Part shown: piece by piece, positions 8,107 to 16,502 of the stretch
How positions within the stretch are numbered: position 1 is the first letter of the stretch
Layout: each line of letters starts with the position of its first letter
Source: Eubacteriales bacterium
GTDB lineage: Bacteria > Bacillota > Clostridia > Oscillospirales > CAG-272
DNA length: 64,000 nucleotides
Reading direction: 5' to 3'
Assembly: GCA_045588145.1 (NCBI GenBank)
Contig: JAZNDS010000056.1
Location: 27,448 to 91,447, forward strand
The notes under the pieces: model-generated
The model's database searches: none
Seen by the model: the letters and a program-made list of their open reading frames with translations, nothing else
What the model was told of the DNA's origin: nothing
Position numbers and translations under genes: made by a program

Positions 8107-9426
8107 TTATTTTGCCATAAATTCGTTGTAGATCGCTTTAATGGCGGCCTGATAATCCTCTTCCTCAATACCGATAATGATATTCAGCTCGCTGGAGCCC
8201 TGGTCGATCATACGGATATTGACCGAGGCCTTGGCAAGCGAGGAAAAGATGCGGGCGGCCGTGCCCTTGGAGCGTACCATTCCGCGCCCGACGACGGCGA
8301 TCAGGGCGATACCGTCAAGCACGGTGACGCTATCGGGGGTGGTGGCGCGGCAGATCTCGTCTACCAGCTTTTCCTTCTTCCCTTCGATATCCGCCGTTTT
8401 TACAATGACGCACATCGTATCGATGCCCGAGGGCAAATGCTCAAAGCTGATGCCGTTTTTCTCCAGAACCTCCAGCACGCGGCGGCCGAAGCCGAGCTCG
8501 GCGTTCATCATATCCTTTTCGACCGAAATGATCGAAAAGCCGACCTTGCCCGCAATCCCGGTCAAAATGCTGTCGTTTGCGTCGACAGGGGCCGTGGGGA
8601 CGATCAGTGTTCCCTTGGCGGCGGGATCGTTGGTATTCTTGATGTTGATGGGAATTCCCGCGGCACGTACGGGGAAAACGGCATCCTCGTGCAGGACGGT
8701 GGCGCCCATATACGAAAGCTCGCGCAGCTCCTTGTAGGTGATAACGTCGATCGGCATCGGATCGTCAACAACGCGCGGGTCGACCATCATAAAGCCCGAA
8801 ACGTCGGTAAAGTTTTCATACAGATCGGCCATAGTCGCCCTTGCGACGATCGCTCCCGTGATGTCTGAGCCGCCTCGGGAAAAGGTTTTTACCTTTCCGC
8901 ACGGTAATACGCCGTAAAAGCCGGGGATGACCGCCTTTTCGTGCTTTTTAAGGCATTCGGCCATAACCGTATTGGTCTTTTCCGAATCAAGCGAGCCGTC
9001 CGCGTTAAAGAAGATAACGTCCGCGGCGTCAACAAAATCAAAGCCGAGGTAGGCCGCCAGAACGATGCCATTCAGGTATTCGCCGCGGCTGGCTGTGTAG
9101 TCGCGATTTCCCGCCAGCTTGACGTTTTCCTCGATCTTTTTGAATTCTTCCTCCAAAGAGACCGAAAGCCCAAGGTCGTTGATGATATCGTAATAGCGGG
9201 TCTTGATCCTCGTAAGAATGGAAAGGAAGTCACCGTTTTCCTGTGCCGCATCGTAGCAGGCGTACAAGAGGTCGGTCACCTTTTCGTCTTCCTTATAGCG
9301 CTTTCCGGGGGCGGAAGGAACAACATACCGTCTCGTTTCTTCTGCCGTTACAATGTTTTTAACTCGGTTAAAATGCTCGGCATCGGCGAGTGAGCTTCCC
9401 CCGAATTTTAAAACTTTGAGTGTCAC
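8107..9426 (-). CDS. Aspartate kinase
   Basis: KFGGSSLAD kinase N-terminus and two C-terminal ACT-like repeats. I placed the start at a GTG 7 nt after AAGGAG. The listed ORF extension would run through the promoter. Confidence 0.88.
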   Translation of the reverse strand: MTLKVLKFGGSSLADAEHFNRVKNIVTAEETRRYVVPSAPGKRYKEDEKVTDLLYACYDAAQENGDFLSILTRIKTRYYDIINDLGLSVSLEEEFKKIEENVKLAGNRDYTASRGEYLNGIVLAAYLGFDFVDAADVIFFNADGSLDSEKTNTVMAECLKKHEKAVIPGFYGVLPCGKVKTFSRGGSDITGAIVARATMADLYENFTDVSGFMMVDPRVVDDPMPIDVITYKELRELSYMGATVLHEDAVFPVRAAGIPINIKNTNDPAAKGTLIVPTAPVDANDSILTGIAGKVGFSIISVEKDMMNAELGFGRRVLEVLEKNGISFEHLPSGIDTMCVIVKTADIEGKKEKLVDEICRATTPDSVTVLDGIALIAVVGRGMVRSKGTAARIFSSLAKASVNIRMIDQGSSELNIIIGIEEEDYQAAIKAIYNEFMAK

Positions 9427-9460
9427 TTTCTGTCTCCTTCTTGGTTTCCATAATATTAAT

Positions 9461-9489
9461 ATTATATGTTTTATTTTGGCCTGTGTCAA
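9461..9489 (-). promoter_or_regulatory. Consensus sigma-A promoter of aspartate kinase
   Basis: Minus strand TTGACA-17 nt-TATAAT, about 30 nt upstream of the RBS. Confidence 0.75.
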
Positions 9490-9583
9490 GGGATTTTCAC
9501 TAAAATTCGATAAAATCCGTAAAACCCTTCGTTCTTGCGTTTTGGGTAGGGGGCACTTCCCTGCTGTATAGTGCTCTAAACGC

Positions 9584-9613
9584 AAAAAACGCACCGATTC
9601 GGTGCGTTTTTTT
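9584..9613. terminator. Intrinsic terminator after the 9651..11312 gene
   Basis: GCACCG-att-CGGTGC flanked by an A-tract and a T-tract. Confidence 0.75.
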
Positions 9614-9650
9614 GCGTGAAATTAAAAGGAATAGCAAGCGATCGCTTTGC

Positions 9651-11312
9651 TTAAACCCCTTCGGGGGCACGGCAATGGTCGTCTGTCAGGTCGCTGGCGT
9701 AGTAAATGCTGTTGACCTCGTGAAAAAGCTTCTGGCATTCCTCGGAATGTAAGGGATAACCGCCCGCCTTCACCAGCTCATAGTCGATCATGGCGCGCAG
9801 ATACAGCAAACGGAAGCGGAAATTCTTGCGGATCTTTTCGGGCATTTGCGGGTCATACTTCAGAAGGATCTCGCGAACCGTGTTGATCTCGCTTTGATTG
9901 CGGATATAGAAATGCTGCGGCTGACCTTCCTTTTTGGTGCGCTGCCTCGCAAGGCCTGTTTCGGTTAAGAGGAAGGCCTTCGTCAGCTCGTCCAGCGCTT
10001 CCCCGTCGACGCAAAATTCGAACTTAACATAAGCGCGTACGGCGTCGGCGGTATTGGGATAGAGCCCTGAATACCAGGAAAGGATGATGAATTTGTTGAT
10101 ATCCTCAAAGATGCCCTCGGAATAAGGCGTACCGCCCTCATAAAGATAGCCGGTCTTATCCAGCGTCAGCTGCAGGAATTTGGCGAGGCAGTTGACCCCA
10201 AAGCCACCGTACGGCAAGCAGGTATACATGCTGATCTCGGTAAAGTCGATAAGCTTTACCCCATCCGGCACACCCTCGTCTACGAGGCATTCGGGCATTT
10301 CACCGCGGAAGAAGAAGGATTGATAGTAGGAGGCCCCCTCCAGGCTCCCGTCGGTCAGGTGCGGATAGAATTCGTTCCATTCGTCATCGGTAAACCAGTC
10401 AAAGTGCCAGGTAGAAATAACGAATTCAACGTTCGGGAAGAATTCACGGCATACGTCCCTGAAGTGCGGGAACAGCTTAACAAAGCCGTTGGGCCCCCAG
10501 GGCTGACATTTCATACAGGTACAGCCACCCTGGTCGTAGGGACCGTAGGAAATATACTTGATGTTCAGATCCTTGAAGTACGCCAGCATCTCGCGGCGCT
10601 CCTTCAGGATCTCCTCAAGCCCCCCTTCCTTGCTGGGGCAAAGCTCGACGTGGTAATGGTCCTGCGGCTCGTGATGATAGCAGCCCTGGGCCGCCCATTC
10701 GGCGCGCAGCTCGACGGGAGAGGAGGTAAAGCCTTCATTTCCAAGGGCTACCAGCATGCCGGCAATGCCGATCTTGTTGGCGTAATGAATGATCTCGTGC
10801 AGAATGCCGACCTGCTTCTGCGCGGCCTCATCCTGCATCGAATTATAGTTATGCATATCGAACCAGACCTGCAGAACGTTACAGCCGCGAAGAGCAACGT
10901 CCTCGATGACCTCAAATACCTCGTGAAGCGGGGCAGCCTGATAGAAGTTGTAGTTATGGGTAGCAAAATACATACCGCGGAAGGAGCGCTTGGGGGTGAA
11001 ATCGATGCTTCCGCAGTAGGGGGTAAAGGCGCCCCGTCCGTCAAAGCTCGATTCAAGCAGCAGGCGGCCAAAGGCGGCGTGCAACGAAAGGTCGTTGGCG
11101 GCGCAAAGGGCAGCCCCCTTCTCGTTGGCGGTGATGGTGTAACGGTCGTTCTGATAAGAAGCGTCAACGTTCAGAGTAACAAGGTAATCGGCGGCCTCGG
11201 GCTTCAGGGAAAGACCAAGCTCTCTTTCTTCCAGGCGGCGCTTGGCAGCCTTTTCAAGAACCGAAAAGCTTTCACTTCCCATGCTTTCGTTTTGCAGATA
11301 AAAGGTTTTCAT
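9651..11312 (-). CDS. Uncharacterised TIM-barrel glycoside-hydrolase-like protein
   Basis: 553 aa with RBS AAGGAG. The N-terminus is like the GH20/GH67 accessory domain, followed by a barrel-like region with YDQGGCTCMKCQPWG. The assignment is tentative. Confidence 0.6.
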   Translation of the reverse strand: MKTFYLQNESMGSESFSVLEKAAKRRLEERELGLSLKPEAADYLVTLNVDASYQNDRYTITANEKGAALCAANDLSLHAAFGRLLLESSFDGRGAFTPYCGSIDFTPKRSFRGMYFATHNYNFYQAAPLHEVFEVIEDVALRGCNVLQVWFDMHNYNSMQDEAAQKQVGILHEIIHYANKIGIAGMLVALGNEGFTSSPVELRAEWAAQGCYHHEPQDHYHVELCPSKEGGLEEILKERREMLAYFKDLNIKYISYGPYDQGGCTCMKCQPWGPNGFVKLFPHFRDVCREFFPNVEFVISTWHFDWFTDDEWNEFYPHLTDGSLEGASYYQSFFFRGEMPECLVDEGVPDGVKLIDFTEISMYTCLPYGGFGVNCLAKFLQLTLDKTGYLYEGGTPYSEGIFEDINKFIILSWYSGLYPNTADAVRAYVKFEFCVDGEALDELTKAFLLTETGLARQRTKKEGQPQHFYIRNQSEINTVREILLKYDPQMPEKIRKNFRFRLLYLRAMIDYELVKAGGYPLHSEECQKLFHEVNSIYYASDLTDDHCRAPEGV

Positions 11313-11474
11313 ACACGATACTCCTTTTTTGGATCGTTAGGGTGAATATTTCCCCTTCATTAAAGCATACATCCCCCAAAAAATCAAGAGTTTTCCGAAA
11401 AAAAAGAAAGCCTTATCAAGTCGAAAAGAAAGAAGGAAAAAGAAAAAGAAAAGAAACAAAAGGAAACAACAAAA

Positions 11475-12093
11475 GGATGCGCATCGATGCCGGAAATGCG
11501 AACTTTTTGTCTATGCCGGGGCATAGACAGAGCTCTCACAGTCAACTTCTCCGCAAAAAAGGACACCCACAGGGGTGGCTAAAGAAGAGATATTCACCGC
11601 GGTGAATATTCCACGGCTTTCCACCGCCTCGCAAGCGGGCGGATGCTCTGCGCCGGGAATGCGAACTCTTTGTCTATGCCGGGGCATAGACAGAGCTCTC
11701 ACGGTCAACTTCTCCGCAAAAAAGGACACCCACAGAGGTGGCCTATAATATAAAAGAAGAGATATTCACCGCCGGTGAATATTCCACGGCTTGCCACCGC
11801 CTCGCAAGCGGGCGGATGCTCTGCGCCGGGAATGCGAACTCTTTGTCTATGCCAGGGCATAGACAAAGCTCTCACAGTCAACTTCTCCGCAAAAAAGGAC
11901 ACCCATAGGGGTGTCCTATAATATAAAAGAAGAGATATTCACCGCGGTGAAGATTCCACGGCTTGCCACCGCCTCGCAAGCGGGCGGATGCTCTGCGCCG
12001 GGAATGCGAACTCTTTGTCTATGCCAGGGCATAGACAGAGCTCTCACAGTCAACTTCTCCGCAAAAAAGGACACCCACAGGGGTGTCCTTTTT
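11475..12093 (-). repeat. About 3.6 tandem copies of a 172-175 bp tRNA-Ser-derived structured unit, each ending in a terminator hairpin
   Basis: The anchor AGAAGAGAT recurs at 11583, 11755, 11928 and, within the tRNA, at 12103. Copies are near-identical by eye. Each unit has four hairpins. Confidence 0.9.
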
Positions 12094-12185
12094 TGGCGGA
12101 GAAGAAGAGATTCGAACTCTTGAACCGCTTTTAACGGTTACACGATTTCCAGTCGTGCGCCCTCGACCAACTAGGCGACTTCTCC
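12094..12185 (-). tRNA. tRNA-Ser (anticodon GGA)
   Basis: 92-nt class II tRNA: acceptor GGAGAAG/CTTCTCC, anticodon loop CT-GGA-AA, long variable arm AACCGTTAAAAGCGGTT, T-arm AAGAG-TTCGAAT-CTCTT, encoded CCA. Confidence 0.93.
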
Positions 12186-12217
12186 GTATTCAATTCGTCA
12201 ATCGCTTGACCTTATGT

Positions 12218-12246
12218 AGTATACCACATCGTATTCTAAAATGCAA
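12218..12246 (-). promoter_or_regulatory. Sigma-A promoter of tRNA-Ser
   Basis: Minus strand TTGCAT-17 nt-TATACT, about 30 nt upstream of the tRNA 5' end. Confidence 0.65.
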
Positions 12247-12256
12247 GCCTTTTTTG

Positions 12257-12293
12257 AAAAAAAGAAACGGAGAAGTTGCGCTTCCCCGCTTCT
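12257..12293 (-). terminator. Terminator of the Cys-rich protein gene
   Basis: 13-bp stem (AGAAGCGGGGAAG/CTTCTCCGTTTCT, two G-U pairs) followed by TTTTTTT on the minus strand. Confidence 0.7.
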
Positions 12294-12302
12294 TTGTTCA
12301 GT

Positions 12303-13157
12303 TTAGCGTTGCTTCCCGCAACCGCAACCGCCCGAAGGACCGTTCTGACCGCCGTTCCCAAGCTCCTGAAGCGAAGGAGGGCAAAATTCGGATACGGGGA
12401 AGGCCATTTTGCGGAAAAGGCTGCAAGGATCGTCTTCTTCTGTGGCGATGCATTCCTTGTCCGGTACACAATAGTCGGCTGCCGTGATGAGATACTGGGC
12501 GGGGCGCTCAATACGGATGACCGAAAAGATGCCGAGCGTGACGTATAAGGAATTCTGCGAGTCGTCATCCACTAAGGAGCCGCAGACAGATGAAGAGATG
12601 CCGTTTGGAATATCGGCGGCGCAGCAGCAGCAATATCCGCAGCAGCATCCGGGCTCCACGACCTTGGCGGAAAGAAGGACGGGATCCACGACCTCGACGA
12701 CGCCAACGGGTACGTTGCTGGAACGGTTATCAAGATTTCCGAGATCGCAAGGGCCGACGTCGGGGTTGCTTCGATAGATAGAAACGTTGCCGACGCTTCC
12801 GTAGAGAATGACCCGCTTTTCGACGACGGCGATCCCTTCAAATTCCTGATTGCGCCCGATCCCGATGCAGGCCTCAAGCGTTACCTTGATATAAAAACGG
12901 ACGGTAACTTGGTAAAAGCCGCGATTGAACTGTACGGGCTCTACCCCGACGTAGGTCCAAAGGATCGATGCGCTTTTGGTACGGACCGAGGCGGTGCGCC
13001 CGATGATCTCCTGACCGAAGCTACCGAGATAGACGCGTACGTCCTCGTAGCAATCGCGATCACGGCAGGAATCCAACACGCGGAAGGTATCGATACAGAC
13101 GGTTTCCCTTTCCGCGGAAGAGCCGCAAGGAATGGGCGAACCTCTATTATCAGACAT
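12303..13157 (-). CDS. Cysteine-rich hypothetical protein (candidate spore coat/exosporium component)
   Basis: 284 aa with about 20 Cys by hand count. These include CCCGYCCCC and a C-terminal GGCGCG. RBS AGGGGG. It has its own upstream region after a terminator. Confidence 0.7.
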   Translation of the reverse strand: MSDNRGSPIPCGSSAERETVCIDTFRVLDSCRDRDCYEDVRVYLGSFGQEIIGRTASVRTKSASILWTYVGVEPVQFNRGFYQVTVRFYIKVTLEACIGIGRNQEFEGIAVVEKRVILYGSVGNVSIYRSNPDVGPCDLGNLDNRSSNVPVGVVEVVDPVLLSAKVVEPGCCCGYCCCCAADIPNGISSSVCGSLVDDDSQNSLYVTLGIFSVIRIERPAQYLITAADYCVPDKECIATEEDDPCSLFRKMAFPVSEFCPPSLQELGNGGQNGPSGGCGCGKQR

Positions 13158-13244
13158 TTACTTATCCCCCTATAAAAAAATTACCGAGGCAAAGCGTGCC
13201 TCGATAATAGGGTATGCGGAAGGGGGAAACCTTGACTTAGAAAC

Positions 13245-13277
13245 AAAAAGAAAAGCCCCCGCTTGGGGGGCTTTTTA
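13245..13277. terminator. Bidirectional intrinsic terminator
   Basis: AGCCCCC-gcttg-GGGGGCT with flanking A- and T-tracts, immediately after the stop of the 13278 gene. Confidence 0.8.
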
Positions 13278-13682
13278 TCAACAGAATTGCTTCAGGGCTT
13301 CGGGCAGCTCCTCCGCCGCCATCGAAACGGTTGCGGTGAAGTTGATCTCGTGCTGCTTTACCAAGGCATCGACCTTGGCGATAAAGCCTTCAAGCGCCTC
13401 GGCCGAGCCGCAGATACGAAGGGTGGAATCCAGATAAATATCGGTGATATCGAAATTGCTGGCAATAACGCCGGCGACGAAGCCGTAAAGCGCCTCCGCA
13501 TCGGCGACCTTATAAGAATCGGTATCAACAAGGCGAGCCTTGTGAGTAATATCTTTATCAAGCGTCATGCCCTTTTCGATGCAAATAACGCATCCCTTGG
13601 AGCTGGCGGCAGCCGCGTTCACCTGTTCGATGAGGGCCTTGGTTTTTCCGCTACCTTTTTTTCCTACGATGAGTTTAACCAT
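13278..13682 (-). CDS. Stand-alone mini P-loop NTPase (134 aa)
   Basis: Walker A GKKGSGKT at residues 7-14 and Walker-B-like DITDIYLDS. RBS GGAGGA. Confidence 0.7.
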   Translation of the reverse strand: MVKLIVGKKGSGKTKALIEQVNAAAASSKGCVICIEKGMTLDKDITHKARLVDTDSYKVADAEALYGFVAGVIASNFDITDIYLDSTLRICGSAEALEGFIAKVDALVKQHEINFTATVSMAAEELPEALKQFC

Positions 13683-13773
13683 ACAAACATCCTCCTAAAA
13701 GTATTAGGGTATCTCTACCTTAATCATACACTATTTTCAGAGAAAAAGCAAGAGTGTTTTCGCGGTTTTTTAC

Positions 13774-15114
13774 TTAAATTTCCAATTTTGCCGCGAGTTT
13801 TTCTCCCTCGGCCTCATATCCCGGCTTACCAAGTAGGGCAAACATGTTCTTTTTATAGGCCTCGACCCCCGGTTGGTCAAAGGGATTGACCCCAAGAAGG
13901 TATCCCGAAATGGCGCAAGCGGCCTCAAAGAAGTAGATCAGCTCCCCAAGAGAATAGGCGGTTCGGTCGGGGATATCGATCACGATGTTGGGCACGCCGC
14001 CGTCACAATGCGCCAGAAGCGTACCGAGCATTGCCTTTTCATTGACAAAATCAAGTGTTTTCCCTGAAAGGAAATTCAAGCCGTCAATGTTGGCCTCGTC
14101 ATGGGGAACGGTGAAGCTTGCGCCGCAATCCTTGACGTGAAGAACCGTTTCAAAGAGTGTGCGCTGACCTTGCTGTATATACTGTCCAAGCGAATGAAGA
14201 TCGGTCGAGAAAATAACCGAATCGGGCAGGATGCCCTTATTGTCCTTCCCTTCGCTTTCGCCGTAAAGCTGCTTCCACCATTCGTTGAAAAGAAGCGCGT
14301 AGGGCTCGTAGCCCACAAGGATCTCCACGCTTTTTCCCTTGCGGTACAGCGCGTTACGGATGGCGGCGTATCGCATCGCGGGGTTTTTCTCCATGCTTTC
14401 GGTAAGGCAAAGAGCGCGTGCGTCGGCTGCCCCCTTCATCAGCGCGTCAATATCGATCCCGGCGACCGCGATCGGTAAAAGGCCGACTGCCGTTAAGACC
14501 GAGTACCGCCCGCCAACGTCATCGGGGATAACAAAGGTCTCAAAGCCGCTTTGATCGGCAAAGCTTTTTAAGGTGCCGCGGGCTTTATCGGTGGTGACGA
14601 AGATGCGCTCCTTGGCGCCCTCTTCCCCGTATTTTTTGTAAAGAAGGTCGCGGAATACGCGGAAGGCGACCGCCGTTTCGGTCGTGGTACCCGATTTGCT
14701 GATGACATTCAGGCAGATATCCTTGCCTTCGCAAAGCGTAAGCAGCTCGCAAAGAGCGGTGGTGCTGATGTTGTTCCCCGAAAAATAGATCTCGGGCGTA
14801 TCCTTCGGAAGGGCGTTGTAAAGCGGCGATTTGACAAACTCGATCACGGCCCTTGCCCCAAGGTAGGAGCCGCCGATCCCGAGAACGATCAGCACATCGC
14901 AGCTGTTTTTGATTTTTTCGGCGGCTTGCTTGATCCGCGCGAATTCTTCTTTGTCGTAATCAACGGGAAGATCGACCCACCCCAAAAAGTCGGCCCCTGC
15001 CCCGCTTTTATTTTTAACCTTTTTCAAGGCGGAGACGGCATCGGCCTCCAGATAAGAAAGCTCATGCGCGCCGAGAAATCCGCCCAAAAATCTTTGTTCG
15101 ATCGAAACGGCCAT
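13774..15114 (-). CDS. pgi: Glucose-6-phosphate isomerase
   Basis: 446 aa. [14 protein letters not shown], the [13 protein letters not shown] motifs and a Firmicute-type length. Confidence 0.93.
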   Translation of the reverse strand: MAVSIEQRFLGGFLGAHELSYLEADAVSALKKVKNKSGAGADFLGWVDLPVDYDKEEFARIKQAAEKIKNSCDVLIVLGIGGSYLGARAVIEFVKSPLYNALPKDTPEIYFSGNNISTTALCELLTLCEGKDICLNVISKSGTTTETAVAFRVFRDLLYKKYGEEGAKERIFVTTDKARGTLKSFADQSGFETFVIPDDVGGRYSVLTAVGLLPIAVAGIDIDALMKGAADARALCLTESMEKNPAMRYAAIRNALYRKGKSVEILVGYEPYALLFNEWWKQLYGESEGKDNKGILPDSVIFSTDLHSLGQYIQQGQRTLFETVLHVKDCGASFTVPHDEANIDGLNFLSGKTLDFVNEKAMLGTLLAHCDGGVPNIVIDIPDRTAYSLGELIYFFEAACAISGYLLGVNPFDQPGVEAYKKNMFALLGKPGYEAEGEKLAAKLEI

Positions 15115-15186
15115 TTTGTTTCTCCTCTTTGTTTCGTTGTTGCTTATATTATATACCTATTTTTTATAACTTTCAAGGAAAATATC

Positions 15187-16344
15187 TTATTTTGCGGAGG
15201 TACCCGTAAAAAATCCCTTGAAAAGCTTCATAAGGATATCCCAATAGGAGATCTTTTCGATCTCCTCGGTGGCGACAATGTCGGCCTTGCCCAAGGTCTT
15301 TTCCCCAAGGCGGTATTCCGCGATCCCAACGGTATCGCCCAAAGACAGCGGGGCCACGGCGTAAGGCGGCAGGGTGATAACCTCCTCGACCGACTTCTCC
15401 TCTCCCTTTTTCAAAAGGACGGAAAATCCCTTTTTCTTCAAGGAAACGGTATCCTCAAGGCCCCCTTTTACCGAAATCGGCTCCATATCCCTCTCGGGGG
15501 ATTCAAAAAGCGTATAGTTGGCAAAGCCGTAGTCCAACAGCTTTTTGGCCTCGGCGTTCCGTACGTCGCGGGTGGGAGAGCCCATAATGACAGCGATCAG
15601 ATGTAAATTATCACGCTTGGCGGTGGCGCTGATGCAGAAGAGCGCCTTGGAGGTGGAGCCTGTTTTCAGTCCTGTGGCGCCGGGATAAAAGCGGACGAGG
15701 CGGTTGGTATTCGAAAGCGTAAAGGCACCGTTGCGTACGGTATCCATCCAGATGGTCGTATAGGCAAGGATCTTTTCGTGTGAGATCAGCTCGCGCGACA
15801 TAATGGCAATATCCCGCGCGCTGCAGCGGTGGTTCTCGGTGGTATCGTCAAGCCCATTGGTGTTTTCAAAATGGGCGTTATTCATTCCAAGCTCCTTGGC
15901 TCTTTCGTTCATCCTTGCGACAAAGGCCTCCTCACTGCCGCACAAATGCTCGGCCAAGGCACAGGCGGCGTCGTTGGCACTGCTGATGACCACGCACTTG
16001 ATCATATCCTCGACCGTCATCTGCTCCCCTACCTCTAAAAAGACCTGAGAGCCACCCATAGCGGCCGCGTTCTCGCTGGTCGTTACGGTATCGCCAAGCG
16101 AAAGACGCCCATCATCGATCGCCTCCATAACAAGCAAAAGAGTCATGATCTTGGTGACCGAGGCGGGGGGCAATGCCTCGTCTGCGTTCTGCTCGAACAG
16201 CACGGTTCCCGTGGCAGCATCCATTAAAATGGCCGATTTTGCGTCCAATTTCAAGGGATATTCCTCGGCAGAAGATTTCAGGGGCACAAAAACGCCCACG
16301 CAAAGAAGCAAGGCGATGAGTACAAGCGAAGTGATCCTTTTCAT
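15187..16344 (-). CDS. D-alanyl-D-alanine carboxypeptidase (S11, PBP5/DacB/DacF-like)
   Basis: Signal peptide, SVTK (SxxK), SSAND (SxN) and KTGST (KTG) motifs. Confidence 0.9.
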   Translation of the reverse strand: MKRITSLVLIALLLCVGVFVPLKSSAEEYPLKLDAKSAILMDAATGTVLFEQNADEALPPASVTKIMTLLLVMEAIDDGRLSLGDTVTTSENAAAMGGSQVFLEVGEQMTVEDMIKCVVISSANDAACALAEHLCGSEEAFVARMNERAKELGMNNAHFENTNGLDDTTENHRCSARDIAIMSRELISHEKILAYTTIWMDTVRNGAFTLSNTNRLVRFYPGATGLKTGSTSKALFCISATAKRDNLHLIAVIMGSPTRDVRNAEAKKLLDYGFANYTLFESPERDMEPISVKGGLEDTVSLKKKGFSVLLKKGEEKSVEEVITLPPYAVAPLSLGDTVGIAEYRLGEKTLGKADIVATEEIEKISYWDILMKLFKGFFTGTSAK

Positions 16345-16447
16345 ACGGTTCTCCTTTGAATATTCTTACTTAATGATATGAATATCCAAAGGGAAAAATG
16401 TGTGTATGCAAGAAACTGTGAAGAAAGCGTAAAATCGCGTAGCCTTC

Positions 16448-16476
16448 TTGCAATTTCGCTGGGATTGTGCTATACT
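16448..16476 (+). promoter_or_regulatory. Sigma-A promoter for the 16503 gene
   Basis: TTGCAA-17 nt-TATACT. Confidence 0.6.
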
Positions 16477-16502
16477 ACTAAATGAATATTCGGAGGATAA
16501 AT

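Noticed and set aside
9427-9650. Lysine riboswitch (L-box) upstream of aspartate kinase
   Set aside because: A consensus promoter sits only about 30 nt upstream of the RBS. The rest of the gap is the terminator of the upstream gene, which leaves no room for a ~180-nt L-box.
10320-11345. Long antisense or alternative-frame ORFs in GC-rich genes (e.g. 10320..11345 +, 24901..25875 -, 27742..28605 +, 29012..29950 +, 36880..37938 +, 48438..49331 +, 58060..58881 +, 63345..63974 -)
   Set aside because: These are shadow ORFs typical of GC-rich coding DNA. Their translations are Arg/Gly/Ala/Leu-rich without motifs. Each is fully covered by a gene with clear family signatures on the other strand or frame.
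11342-11605. 87-aa Lys/Arg-rich ORF on the plus strand
   Set aside because: It is a translation artefact of the polypurine tract (AAA/AAG/GAA codons) running into the repeat. It has no RBS.
11475-12093. Possible CRISPR array
   Set aside because: The ~173-bp units are contiguous and near-identical, with no unique spacers and no short repeat/spacer periodicity. No cas genes are present in the window.
11384-12123. Overlapping ORFs inside the tandem repeats (minus 11384..11566, 11511..11729, 11705..11902, all starting MSFFAEKLTVRALSMP...; plus 11911..12123)
   Set aside because: They are generated by the repeat itself. They start at a non-ATG codon inside the terminator hairpin and lack an RBS. 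They also run across unit boundaries in different frames. I treat the region as non-coding.
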